A DNA stretch of 64,000 bases, from NCBI RefSeq assembly GCF_009914755.1, contig NC_060934.1; one strand, given 5' to 3'. The stretch is from the human T2T-CHM13v2.0 reference genome, Homo sapiens. This document shows positions 13,780 through 25,889 of this stretch, in pieces (within the stretch, counting starts at the first letter, position 1; each line of letters starts with the position of its first letter). The notes under the pieces were generated by a model that worked only from the letters and a program-made list of their open reading frames with translations, did not search any database and was not told the DNA's origin. Position numbers and translations under genes: made by a program.

Positions 13780-14710
13780 TTATCACTTTACCCCCCAATT
13801 CTCTTGGAGACTAGGGCATACAGTAGGCCCATTTATCACAGTTGCACCTCTACCGTGACCTGAAATGTGTGAACCTAGGTTATCATGTTTGCACACTCGA
13901 GAGCCCCAACTCTCCTTATGCTGTGGCTTCAGCTGATTAACATCGTCTGGCCCCAAGGAGAGCCACAGACTGGTAAAGCCAATCAGATCCCTTCTTTTAA
14001 GAGTTTTAAATCACAGAGAAGAAGATTCCAGTTGGTATAAATCCTTGAGTGAGGAGAAACTGGAGATTGAGGCTAAATTAGCAATATTGGACCATGCCCA
14101 AAATGAGCACTCAGAAAAAAAAAAAAAAAGGTAAGGAGAGAAACAGAGAAAAATGGAGTAGATGCACAAAGGGAGTCAGTCTGTTCAGGCTGCTGTAACA
14201 AAATACCTTAAACTGGGTAATTTATAAATAATAGACATGTATTGCTCACAATTTTAGAGGCTGGGAAGTCTAAGATCAAGGTGGCGGTAGGTTCAGTGTC
14301 TGGTGAGGGCTCTCTGCTTCACAGATGGTGTTTTCTTGCAGAGTTCTCACATGGCAGAAGGGCAAGACAGCTTCCTTTTCATCTTAACCACCTCCTAAAG
14401 CCTCACTTCTTAATACTATCACATTGGTCATTAAGCTTCAAAGTGAAATTTGGAGGACGCATTCAGATCATAGCAAAGGGTAATGAAGGCATGAGAAGAT
14501 ATGAGAAAGACCATGAAGGTTTTGAAAACTAGAAGGAATGGTTTCCAAACCCCGCCATGATATCTGATGGGACTTCTTTGCCACAAGATGCTGCCATGTT
14601 TTGGCAGAGAGTGGGCACTCTGTCTGTTGGATAAATTGTTGATGAAATAACCCTCCTTCTTTCTTGGGCTACTTTGAGTAGGTTTTTGTTCCTTATATCC
14701 AAAGGAGCTT
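13780..14710 (+). mobile_element. Old MLT1-family LTR split by a younger MaLR LTR
   Basis: agccaatcagatcccttc upstream; 3' end gctactttgagtaggtttttgttccttatatccaaagg downstream of the insert. Confidence 0.55.
14172..14475 (-). mobile_element. MaLR solo LTR (MLT1A/MST-like)
   Basis: caggctgctgtaacaaaataccttaaactgggtaattta...ggctgggaagtctaagatcaagg...cattcagatcatagca. Confidence 0.88.
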
Positions 14711-14884
14711 CGATTGGTATTATATAACTTTCTGTAGCTGAAATAATAGGTTTGTAGCTCAATCCCACTGTCAGGCAAGCATTCTTGATTGGGGTTAATA
14801 GGGATCTCTTTATTCCCTCAGGTTACGTGCAATCTTTTCTGTTTATGTCAAGGTCATATGTATATGCATGTAATTCAAATGATA

Positions 14885-15056
14885 ACACAAATCATTTACT
14901 GAGCACTTATTTTATGACAGTAAGTAGTGTATTATATGCATTGTCTCATTTAATCCCCAACCACTCCTATGAGATTGGACATTTTATTCTCACCATTTAT
15001 AGATTAAGAAGCCAAGTCTTGGTGAGGACAAAGAAGATATTCAAGATCACCTGATA
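14885..15056 (-). mobile_element. MIR SINE
   Basis: catttactgagcacttat...gtctcatttaatccccaaccactcctatgag. Confidence 0.75.
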
Positions 15057-15509
15057 GGTATCTTACTGGAAAATCCAATGATTAAATTGCTATTGATTTG
15101 CTTCAGGCTACAATAGGAAGTATGTGGTGTATCAATGAAATGATATCTGTGTGGATATTTGGATTTAATTTTCATTTCTCTCACAGTTGGAAAAAACAAT
15201 TTTCAGTTTCTACACCCACTAAATAAGGTGTACTGATATATGCCTCCTACTATCTCAGTGATGAGACCTCTTCACGAGTGTACACATACAGCTGCCAAAA
15301 GACAAAAAATTATTCAGCTTAGTGTTTTACGCTTTAGATTCTAAGGGGTCAGTAATGACATACCTTCTGAACTTTGTAAGAAAAAAAATCCAGATTTGTT
15401 ACTGCCTGTTGAGCTAGCAAATGGAAGAAATTAAAGTTTCAATAACACCCTTTCCTTTTCTCAATTCCCTTCTCATTAAATAGTATAACTGTGGTTTAAA
15501 ACAACTGGG

Positions 15510-15817
15510 AGCTGGGTGCGGTAGCTTACACCTATAATCCTAGCATTTGGGAGGCCAAGATGGGAGGCTTGCTTAAGTCCAGGAGTTTGAGACCAGCCTG
15601 GGCAACATAGCGAGACCTCATATCTACAGAAAATTTAAAAATTAGTCAGATGTGGTGGCAGGCATCTGTACTCCCAGCTACTGGGGAGGCTGAAGCAGAG
15701 GGATTATTTGGACCCAGGAGTTCAAGGGTGCAGTGAGCTATGATCAAACAACTGCACTCCAGCCTGGGCAACAGAGAAAGATCCTGACTCTACACAAAAT
15801 AATAATAATAAAATAAA
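15510..15817 (+). mobile_element. Full-length AluJ
   Basis: J-type motifs (gcttaagtccaggagttt, gggcaacatagcgagacc, gtgagctatgat); degenerate TSD aaaacaactggga/aaaacaagtaggga. Confidence 0.93.
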
Positions 15818-16813
15818 ACAAGTAGGGACCAATATAGGGTTGCTAATGTATTATTTTACTAAGTAACTAGTTATTTAATTAAAAGTAATAAAATTTAGTT
15901 ACTAAACACACAAATAGGCATAATTTAGACTAAAGGATGGCTCTTTAAATGAAATGCGCTTAGCTATATAAAATATTTACATCAGTGTCCTATTTTTTTT
16001 TTCATCTCACTAAGAACTAGGAAAACTTTGCTGTGAAATGAATTTTGTGAACTATTACTACTGGAGTGTTTTGTATTAGCTTGCAATGAAAGAGACAGAA
16101 AATTTGCTTAATATTTTAAAAATGTTATTGTGTTGGATCAATTTTTTGTGTGTACAGTTTTCCCAACTTTTGAACTGTTGAAGTTCTCCTCTGAGGCATT
16201 GCTTAAAGGCAAAGAAACTGAGAACACACAGTCATTGCCAGATATTACAATCCAAGACATATTTATTCAGCCCAATGTCAAAGACATCAAAATGGACATT
16301 TTTAGCCCTTTATCTATGCACGGTTTGTGCAACCCTTGGTTATCTAGCTTAAAAATGTTAATTTCAGTCTTCAATAAACAACTAGACTCAGAGATATTAA
16401 TCCCTGCAATTAACGTCTATCCCAACTAGCCATATGCCTCTGGATATAGTTGGAGAAGAATTTCAGCTATCTAAGACTTATGAGGTCCCAGCTCCAGCTG
16501 GGACTCAAAATCATGTTTCCAGAACACAAAGAACACTTGATAAAGTTGGAGAGAGATATTTTTTGAAAATATGTCACTAGGCAGCTTGGGAGCAATTTAG
16601 CAGCACCATCCTACAGGGTATGAATTTAACCTTTGCTCTCTGAAATGAAGGTCAGCAAATTTGTTTTTACTCTACATATCTTATAATCAATTCAATGTCT
16701 GGGTAAATCAGTTTCTAAAGAAGAGGCTGTGTTTGCAGATAAGTGATACTTTCACCCTCTAATTTTTTAACCATTTAACCCTCTCTTCTCTGAATTAAAA
16801 TTCTTCTCCCTTC

Positions 16814-16815
<2 letters not shown>

Positions 16816-16844
<29 letters not shown>
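16816..16844. repeat. Uninterrupted T29 mononucleotide tract
   Basis: Direct count; not attached to an Alu body. Confidence 0.95.
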
Positions 16845-17038
16845 GGCAGTGGAGGAGGAATCTAAAAACTTAAGATGCAAAATATTAAAAGGGGAAAAAT
16901 ACCATACTGTTGTCTGCAGAGGGTAAAAAGAGTCCAGCAAAATGTCTTTTTTTTCCTTCTAAGAGATGAACATGTGAAAAGATACTTTAAAAATCTGTCT
17001 GTTCACCTGAAGCTTTCTTGCGAATCCATACTTTAAAC

Positions 17039-17259
17039 CAGGGTTGACAAAGAATAGCCCATGGGCAAAATCCAACCCACTGCCTGGTTTTGTAAATAAA
17101 GTTTTAGTAGAACACAATCATGCCCATTCATTTAGTTATTATCTATGGTTTTTGGACTACAACAGCAGAGTTGAGTAGTTGCAAGAGAGGTCATATGGCC
17201 CAAAAAAGACTGAAATGTTTACTATCTGGCCCTTTATAGAACATGTTTGCTGATTCATG
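17039..17259 (+). mobile_element. MER58A hAT-Charlie DNA transposon
   Basis: cagggttgacaaa...ttttgtaaataaagtttta...ctatctggccctttatagaa; 8-bp TSD ctttaaac/ctttaaat. Confidence 0.92.
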
Positions 17260-18329
17260 CTTTAAATCAAAGAAAGAGTCTTGGAGAAATGACATGGTGA
17301 AAATACATCCTTAGCCTAGATACAGCAATGGCTTAGGGGTAAAGGAGAGTAGATACTGGTTTTAATCCAAGCATTCACTTTGTAGAAACATAGAACAATA
17401 TCAAGCTGATGAAATGAACAATAGTTGGGAATGCACTATAATGAGGTAAAGACATAATAACTAAATTTACTCCTCTGATTCTCCAGCAGCTTATCTAATA
17501 ACAATATGCTATGGTAGCGATGAACCCAGCATCCTCAGCTAATGTCAGCCATTTGGGAATAAGAGTTTCTTCCCTGCAGCAGATGTGTGGCTCAAAGTTC
17601 ACCACGAGTGCACTCACAGAGAGAGCACAGCATGTGTTGTTCTGTGAGGGACCAGTGCTGGCCTGTCAATGGAATAGCTAATTTAGTTAAAGGACTGGGG
17701 AAATAGTGGGGGTGGCAGGCTAGAACTTGGGAAAAGAAGAGTTTTAACCCTTTCTGGGTATGACTTTACTTTTCAAATAATGATAATTCTGCTGCCTATA
17801 GAATTTGAACCAAGAGAATGAAATGCAGTTTATATCATTCCTTGCCAGTCATCCTACATGGACAGCTGCCAGGAGGCTGATATGCAGAGGCGATCATTGC
17901 ATGCATGGTTATTTCTGTCGTAGACGCTCGTCATCCCTTGAAATTGCTCTGCTCCTAAGATTCCAAATTCCAGCCTCTGCTTGCTTGTCTCAGAAGTCTA
18001 GTACGTGGACTAAGGAGGGTGGGCTTCCTCAACTTCCCTCTCCAACTAAAACTGCCGGGTATTCATCCTGGGCCTAGATTTTTACATCTCTCTTGGAAGA
18101 AGGGCGGAGACTCACCTCGTGGCTTGTGTGTTGCCATACTTTCTGATTTCTTTAGACCATTGCTTTGTCATCTTCAGGTTATTCCTCTCTTTCCATTTTC
18201 CTAGCAAACATGGTTTGGTCTTACTTACCATAAATATGTAAAAAATCAAAAACAAAAACAAAACTCTTTTCCTCAACTTTGCTGTTCTCTTTTGCTGCTT
18301 TCCTAGTGGCTTAAATAAGTTTATTTCTT

Positions 18330-18640
18330 GTACATGCAATGGCCACAGAAGATTGGGTGGCTTTTCTCAAGAGGACTTATGCTGTATTCAGTGATTCAGC
18401 AATCACGGGTTTTTCATCTTTCAGTTTTGTTGTTTCTGCACAGGGCCTCCCCCATGACCACTGCAGCAGGGATGAATCTGGCACAGGCTTTTCCCTGCCT
18501 CAGTCCAGAAAGAACCCACTTCACATTTCTCTGAAGAACTACCACATACTCTTCCACAGTGCAAGGACGCTGGGAAGTACCATTTTCCGTGTGCCTGGAA
18601 CGGGAGTAGAACCAGATATTGGTGAATACAGTAATGCATT
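18330..18640 (-). mobile_element. Old MLT1-family LTR fragment
   Basis: cctcagtccagaaagaacccacttcacatttc...gtgcaaggacgctgggaagta. Confidence 0.5.
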
Positions 18641-19565
18641 CCACAACAACTTCCATAAGGAAGTGCCACTACTTCTTCGGTGTCCACCACTGTCTTCCAA
18701 CCCACATCTTCTCAAATCTGGTTTTTGCCACAATCACTCCACGAAACTACCTTTGTTTTTGCCTTATCTTTTCCTTACAGTGATCACCTTGTCTATCTAA
18801 CCACATTATCTTTGCTACTTCTGCCTTGGTTTCTTGGCGGAATTTGATCCAAACTTTATCTCGTTTCTTCCTGAATTCACTTTTTGGTTTGCATAACAGC
18901 ACATGTAGCATCTCAAGCTTTCCCTCATCCTTTTATACAGACCTTCTCTCAGTTTCTTTCACTGATTTCTCTTCCTCTTCCTCCTACTCAATGTAGGGAG
19001 TCCATGTAGCTCAGACTTTTCTTTGCATTCTCTATGTCCTCACCCTTGGGCTTCAGCCTTCAGCTCTGAGCATGTAACTCCTCAGTCAATCAATCAATCC
19101 ATCAATCCACCCATCCATCCCCTTCTTCAGATCTAGAATTACACCTCTAAATTTCACTTACATTACACTTCCACTTTTAAATGGACATAAATTCATAAAT
19201 TCATAAGGTCTAAAAATAAAAGATCTTCTTCCAACCTAACAATTTCTATTAATAGAACTGTATCTGTTAGAATACCTGGGATACATGACAGAATACCCCA
19301 ATTCAAGTGCCTAAAATAAAGAAATGTATTATCTCAACTAGTGAGAAGTTGAGGTGCTTCTCTCAGCTCTGCCTCGATGTGTGTATCAGTTCTGGCTTCT
19401 GTTGGCTCCTCTCACAGTAGTTAGACCCCTCTAATAGCTCTAGTGGTCATATTTAGAGGCTATATTCAGCCTCCAGAGGAAAAGTAGCCAACTTTCTTGT
19501 TTCTGTTTAAGAGTGGCAGAAGCTTTCTTGGAAGTCTCCTTAGCAGTCTTCCCTTTGCTCCTTAA

Positions 19566-20020
19566 AAAAAATTACTAACAGCTTCATTGAGATACAGTTT
19601 ACATATTATGTAAGTCACCTATTTAAAGTCTATAATTCAATGGCCTTTTAGTACATCCACAGAATTGTGTGGCCATAACCACAATAAATTTTATAACATT
19701 TTCATTGCCCCAAAAGAAACCCTTTGTCCATTAACAATCACTCCTTGCTCCCCTCTCTCCCCAGTCTCTGGCAACCATTAATACACTTTCTGTCCACATG
19801 GATTTATCTATTCTGAACAGTTTGTTTAAACAGACTCATATAATATGTGGCCTTTTGTGTCTCGCTTCTTTCATTTAGCATACTCTTTTGAGCTTATCAT
19901 TGTTGTACTGTGAATCAGTACCTTATTCTTTTTTATTGCTGAATAATATTCCATTGTGTGGATATGCCACATTCTGCTTATCCATTTCTTGGTGGATGGG
20001 CATTGGGGTGGTTTCCATTC
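19566..20020 (-). mobile_element. L1MB-family 3' end
   Basis: aacagcttcattgagatacagtttaca...ccccaaaagaaaccc...tttattgctgaataatattccattgtgtggatat; possible TSD cctttgctYctt. Confidence 0.9.
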
Positions 20021-20082
20021 CTTTGCTTCTTTTGCTAAGAATTTCTGCAGCTGCTTATGCCTAATACAATCCCTGGAATGCA

Positions 20083-20149
20083 TGGACAAATGGAGCCACC
20101 TGGATGATGTGGACAAATGGAGCCACCTGCATGACTTGGAGAAATGGAG
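20083..20149. repeat. 27-bp tandem repeat, ~2.5 copies
   Basis: tggacaaatggagccacctggatgatg / tggacaaatggagccacctgcatgact / tggagaaatggag. Confidence 0.9.
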
Positions 20150-20811
20150 TTGTCTGGGACAAATCAAGACTCATTCCTCAGGTTGAAGATGAGTCAATCT
20201 TCTCTGAAGCAGTGGCCACTTAGAAGAGGCTGAATATTTGAACAAAACTGGATTTCTGTTAGAAATGAGGAAGGGAGGGCTGGTAGGGAATGTGGGATAG
20301 ACAAAAACAAGCAAACAAACAAACAAAAACAAAAAACAAAGTAACAGACCTGCTGCAGGTAACAACCAATTTTTTTTGTAGTTCTGAAACTTTGTCTTTT
20401 TCTTTCTCCTGACCCGTGATATCCAACTGGTGGCCGAGCTTGTCTATTTGATCTCCATGGTTTCTTCTCTCTCGTTGCCCTCATCCACCTGAGTTGCCCC
20501 CTCTGCTTCATGCTGACATTACTTCTCAGCCATTCTTCCCTAACGGCCTCCTGCTGAGACCTGTCTTTCTGTCGTGCCTCCTTCCCCCTCCAATGCATCT
20601 CACACATCTTGGTGAGTGCAATCTTTCCACAGCGTACATCTACTGGTAATAATGTTACAGCCCCTGCTCAACTCTACTGCCTATAAAACTAAGTCCAAAT
20701 TCATTACTCACACAAATAAGGTCAGTCTCAGCATCTCTTTATTTATCTGTCTTAGCCACAAATCTCTTCCTTTACTTATATAGCTCCAACCTATTATTTG
20801 AGACATCTTAG

Positions 20812-21046
20812 ATAATAATAGCCAACATTTATTGAGATGTTGTGTGTCAGTGCTGTTCTAATACTCAGGGGATTATCCCATTGGTTCCTCCCAAGAAGTC
20901 TATGGGATTGATACAATTATTAGTACCAATTAATAATTCATACAATTGTTAGTTAAATATGAGGAAATCAAGGCTAAATATGTTGTCTATGATGATATAG
21001 CCAGTAGGTAGTCAGGCCAGGATTTACTTCCAGGCAGTTTGATTCT
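20812..21046 (-). mobile_element. MIR SINE
   Basis: aataatagccaacatttattgag...atgaggaaatcaaggct. Confidence 0.75.
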
Positions 21047-21175
21047 TATGTGGAAACATCTCCTTCCTGAATCCTTTCCTGATTCCATATCCCTTTCCTT
21101 CATTACCTCCTCTAACCTCTCAACCCACCCTCAATTACTGCAATTTCTCCCTCCTTTTTAATCATATAGCATTTT

Positions 21176-21572
21176 CTTTATAGGGCTGAGCTTCATCCCC
21201 TTCAAATTCATATGTTAAAGTCCTGGCCCTCAGTACCTCAGAATGTGACTGTATTTGGAGACAAGGCTTTAAAGAGGCAATTAAGGTTAAATGAGGTCAT
21301 TAGGTTAAGCCTCTAATTCAATATAACTGGTCTCCTTATAAAAAGAGGAGATTAGGATACAGATGTGCACGCACAGAGGAAAAACCCACGTGAGGACTCA
21401 CTGAGAAGGTGGCCGTCTGCAAGCCCAGGAGAGAGGCCTCAGAAGAAACACCCTGCTGACATCTTCATCTTGGAATTCTAGCATCCAGAACAGTGAGCAA
21501 ATACATTTCTGTTGTTTATGCCACCAGTGTGTGTGTGGTATTTGGTTATGGCAGTCCTTGGAAACGTATACA
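21176..21572 (+). mobile_element. MLT1B solo LTR
   Basis: aaattcatatgttaaagtcc...cctcagaatgtgactgtatttggaga...gagaggcctcagaagaaac...gttatggcagtcc. Confidence 0.9.
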
Positions 21573-21884
21573 CTTTCTGGACCTCAGTCACCTCATCTGT
21601 AAAATGGGTTGCTGGAGGATTTAGTGGAATAAATTTCTCAGCACAGTGCCAGGCACTTTCTTGTACAGCAACCAGCCAACAGCCATTTCTCCCTTCCTGT
21701 CATCCTAAGGTGACCTTTGGGGACAGAAGTGTCAGGGCTGGTAGGGGCGTAAGGCTGAAACCCCTGACCACTGGCAAATAAGCAAGTTAAGATGAGCCCA
21801 AAGAGTACCAGTAGCTACAAATAGAGACAGATTCCAAGATCAAGCACTAGGCAGACAGAAGTGAACTAGGAGACAGGGAGACAT

Positions 21885-22016
21885 GTTGTATCTGTATCCA
21901 CAAGTAACAGAAAGCCTGTCTCAAACAGAATTAAACAACAAAAAAAATTGGATGTATTTGGGCCTGCCAGTGAATAGTTCAGGGATGGGTACAGAAACTC
22001 AAAAGATGTCACAGGA

Positions 22017-22056
<40 letters not shown>

Positions 22057-22485
22057 TGTCTCAGATGGCTGAGTTCCTTCTATTCCAGTTCTTCAAAAGA
22101 TTCCATGTTTGTGGTTGTGAGATGTCTGTGGTGGTTCTAAGACTTCACTTGCTTGCAGTTTCAAAGTTTAGGAGGGGAAAGTTCATCCTTCTTTTAATCA
22201 TCCAGGCAAGGCCTGGGACTAGATTTCCTTGCTTTTGTTTAGCTCCTCTTGAGTCGGGTGCCCAATGCTACACTCACCTCTTGGCAGGGGCAGGGGATCT
22301 GATGAGCTGGTGGCTTAGGCCTGTGTCACATGGGCCACGACTGCATCTGAACCACCCTCCAAAGAAGGTCTGAGGGAAGGGGACCAGAACAATGACCAGA
22401 AGAATGGTGATGAGATCCAGACACATGGCCACTACACCCACACCCACATAGAAAAAGAGGTGATTTTCAACAATAAAGCCAAGGA
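21885..22485 (-). mobile_element. MLT1K/L-like LTR containing a (TG)n tract
   Basis: caagtaacagaaagcctgtctcaaacag...ggcttaggcctgtgtcacatg. Confidence 0.6.
22021..22055. repeat. (TG)17 microsatellite
   Basis: Direct. Confidence 0.97.
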
Positions 22486-22532
22486 GTTCTCTTTTTCTCT
22501 CTCCATCTCTCTCTCCTTCTCCCTTTTCTACG

Positions 22533-22662
22533 TCTTTTTCTTTTTTTAGAGACAGGATATCGCTATGCTTCCCAGGCTGAACTCCAACTCTTGGGCTCAA
22601 GGGATCCTCCCACTTTAGCCTCCCAAGTAGCTAGGACTACAGGCATGGCACCGTGCCCAGCT
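22533..22662 (-). mobile_element. FLAM (free left Alu monomer)
   Basis: tttttagagacaggatatcgctatg...gggctcaagggatcctcc...ccgtgcccagc, ~130-bp monomer. Confidence 0.85.
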
Positions 22663-22964
22663 TCTTACTTCCACTTCTTAAAGTAGACTTCTGACTCCTA
22701 ACACATTTTTGTTGTGACCTAGTTTAAGTTCATTTTGTCATCCGATCATTGGCTTTAAGGTGGCCAGTCTGCCAGCCTGCTGCAAGACTGAATGGGGCAG
22801 GGCCCCTAGTGACAGCAGTGGAGCCATCTTTCAACCAAGCCATCCTTTCCTGTCTACAAGTGCTTGACAGCCTTCTAGAGTCTCTTGCCTGCATTTCTAA
22901 GTCTCAGGCTCAAGTAGACTCAATTCCAGGTGGCACTTGTAATGTGTGACATACCAAAGACAAT

Positions 22965-23204
22965 AGTAGTAATAATGGTTACTATTAAAGGAGTACCTAC
23001 TATGGGTCAGGCACTGTGACAAGTATGTACATGTTCCAATCCTGTGTTACTCTCAACTCACCCGTGAGCATCCTCATTTTACTGATGCAGAAACGGAGGC
23101 CCAGAGAGGTTAAGCAACCTGCCTGATGTTTCGCAGGAGGAAGTGGCAGAACTGGAGTTCCAAATCAGGTCTGCCTGCGTCTAAACCCCTTACTCTTTAT
23201 CACT
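22965..23204 (-). mobile_element. MIR SINE
   Basis: cctactatgggtcaggcactg...gaggcccagagaggttaagcaacctgcc. Confidence 0.85.
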
Positions 23205-23585
23205 CAGCCCCACCACACCGCCTCCACAGTTGGCAGGCCGGACTGGACTGCAGTCTGCAAGCAATTAGCGAAAGCAGCTCTCCAGCAAATCCAAGAAACA
23301 ATCCAATCTGTAAAAGGGGAGGGGGAAGCCATCTTAAAAGAGAAAGCTTTTTTCCTCCCCAGCTGGTTAAGGGGGAGCAGTTTGCCACAGGCTGCTGAGG
23401 GCAAGGAAGGGGCAGAATGTTCACTGAATGTTCATTCTCCCAATTGTTTTTCTATGACATTGAGCTCACACTCCAGGGAAAATGCAGGGCCTGAGTTGAA
23501 ATGTCGTCCAAAGCCATTCAGCTAGGGCTTTAAAAGGAGCTTTTGTTGGTGGAAATCTCTTTACTGACCTGACTTTCCCTGGGCT

Positions 23586-23778
23586 TGGGTTTGCCTGACA
23601 AAATAAAAGATGACCAGTTAAATTTGAATTTCAGATAAACAACGCGTAATCATCTGGGATAAGTACGTCCCATGCAATATATGGGATATACCTATCCTAG
23701 AAGATTATGCGTTATTTATCTGAAATTCAAATTCAAATGGGTGTCCTGTATTTTTACTTGCTAAATCTAGAAACTTTG
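23586..23778 (-). mobile_element. MER53 palindromic hAT MITE
   Basis: ccagttaaatttgaatttcagataaac...gtcccatgcaatat...atctgaaattcaaatt...gtcctgtattttt; long internal palindrome. Confidence 0.9.
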
Positions 23779-24039
23779 TCAGTTTTGGACTTCAAGAGTA
23801 AGCCTGTTCCCTCTGTCTTGCTGCCCAACCAGAATCCAACAGGTTATTTTATTCCTGTGAAGGAAGCAGAATTTAAGGATGCATTCTGGAAGATGCATGC
23901 TTATGCATGCTCTATCTTTCCATCTTGCTTTTTAAAGAAAATGTTACAAAAATGATGTGGGCTTTGTAAATAATAACAAAGATAATAATAATCCTTTCAG
24001 GATCTGGGAAATGTCTTGAGGGTTTGGGGGAATCAACTT

Positions 24040-24570
24040 TCCACTGAAGTTCCTGGAAACCGGTCAGTACAATTTGTATTTAATAAAGAGCAGCCAACAG
24101 TGCTGCCACAGCATCTTGTGAGCGCATCCCACAGAGGAAGTGGGCGATGGCCCTGACCCCCCTGCAGCAGAGGCCCCTCCCTAAGGATTAGCCGTGAATT
24201 CCAAGCTCTGCAGGACCAAGTGACAATGGGAGATTGGGAGCAGGGAGGGAGAAGGAAGGGACCAGACGGAAAAGAGGAAGAGAGAGAGAGGAGGCTTTAG
24301 TGCAAATTCAACATCATTTCCCTCATCGCAATGCTCCCTGCTTCCCTCTCATTTATAAGTCTGGAGCACATTCTTGGCATTGAGACTCTCATGCTTGGAC
24401 CCTTCTCTTCTCTTGGTTCCTGGCACGGTGAATTTGGCCATTTGCTGCAGTGATGGGCCATTCCAGGGAGTGCCCCATCTAACCAGCAGCAGGCCAGCTG
24501 TCCAAGGAGCCTTTTCAAAAGGGAAGACACCCTGGGAGGGCAAGTATTTGCCAAGTAACTAAGTGTCCCC
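24040..24570. promoter_or_regulatory. Candidate enhancer
   Basis: Repeat-free; TTCCTGGAA (STAT GAS) at 24050-24058, AGAGGAAGTG (ETS/PU.1) at ~24133, ACATTCT/TTGGCA, CAGCTG. Confidence 0.35.
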
Positions 24571-24689
24571 TTGTTTCCAGGTGCTTAGTGTATGTTTGTG
24601 GGTGCGCACAGCAGTGAATACAAGGACCTATTGTGTCCTGTACTCTAAAGCTGGCTGAGGGCCTGGTAGCCAGGGTGGGTCACGATTCA

Positions 24690-25010
24690 CTGCAACTCAA
24701 CACATTTTTATTGAGCTCCTAGGTTCAACACCCTGTGCTCAGCCTGTAGGAAATGTAAAGATAAGGTCCGTCCTGAGTTTCAAGAGTCTTAAATTCTAAT
24801 AGGGGATAAGGCAAAGAGACAGTAACAAAGCAGGCAGAACAAAGTCGGTATTGTCAGAGGGGTAAAAGTCAAAGCTTTTAAGATGCTCAAGACAGCAAGA
24901 AAATATATCTGCTTTTAGAAGAGACCAGGAAGGACTTCATGGAGGAGGTGGTGTTCAAGATGAGTCTTGCAGATAAGTGAGATTTCATTAGGGTGGGTAT
25001 GGAGGGGTGG
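24690..25010 (-). mobile_element. L2 3' portion
   Basis: caacacatttttattgagctcct...caggaaggacttcatggaggaggtgg. Confidence 0.75.
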
Positions 25011-25063
25011 ATATATTTGGCAATTGGTGTTTTATTGTGTTTCATGTAGAAATCCCTAACATG

Positions 25064-25378
<315 letters not shown>

Positions 25379-25889
25379 AGAAATCCCTAACATGGATCCA
25401 AAATGAATTCTGCTAGTGATAAATATGGTCATATGCTAGTATCCAAAGCAAACAAGCACGACTGATTTTATTACAAAGTTTTTCCTTGAGGAGTATCTAG
25501 GTGATATCAACGACTCACATGGACAGCTGAAACAAAACACCAAGCTCATGTGCCAGACATTGTGTTGTGTGATTTACATGTAATATATTACTCAATATGA
25601 ATGAATGGCATTTTTCTGGATAATATTATCATATCAACTTCAAGATTAAGAATGTGGTCAAGTCAATTTATACAACCCCACTTCATCCACCCCTCCACCT
25701 AGATTCAAAAATTCTTCCATTGGTATTACAAAGTCTACTTTTTGTTCCCCTTCAGATTGTTTTCATTGATATGCCATTTTTGTCATTGTATGTATTCAGT
25801 AAAAATGACTAATATGGACAAATATATAGACAATTACTTTTTTCTCTTTATTTTTCATATATATATATAGACAGAGAGAGATAGAGAGG

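Larger units (their letters stand above)
19262..20305 (-). mobile_element. MLT1-family LTR split by L1MB
   Basis: gacagaatacccaattcaagtgcctaaaataaagaaatgtattatctc on the left; tgaacaaaactggatttctgttag on the right. Confidence 0.6.
18690..20790 (+). mobile_element. L2 LINE (RT/3' region) fragmented by nested MLT1 and L1MB
   Basis: aaatctggtttttgccacaatcactccacgaaact (L2 RT QSGFRPHHSTET-like); L2 sequence resumes at ~20370. Confidence 0.7.

Noticed and set aside
16130-16429. 99-aa ORF with protein-like composition
   Set aside because: GTG start, no recognisable domain and no convincing donor; length is within chance expectation for 64 kb
18339-18800. Longest ORF (153 aa, ATG start)
   Set aside because: Spans an LTR remnant and decayed L2 RT (KSGFCHNHST vs QSGFRPHHST); a chance fusion
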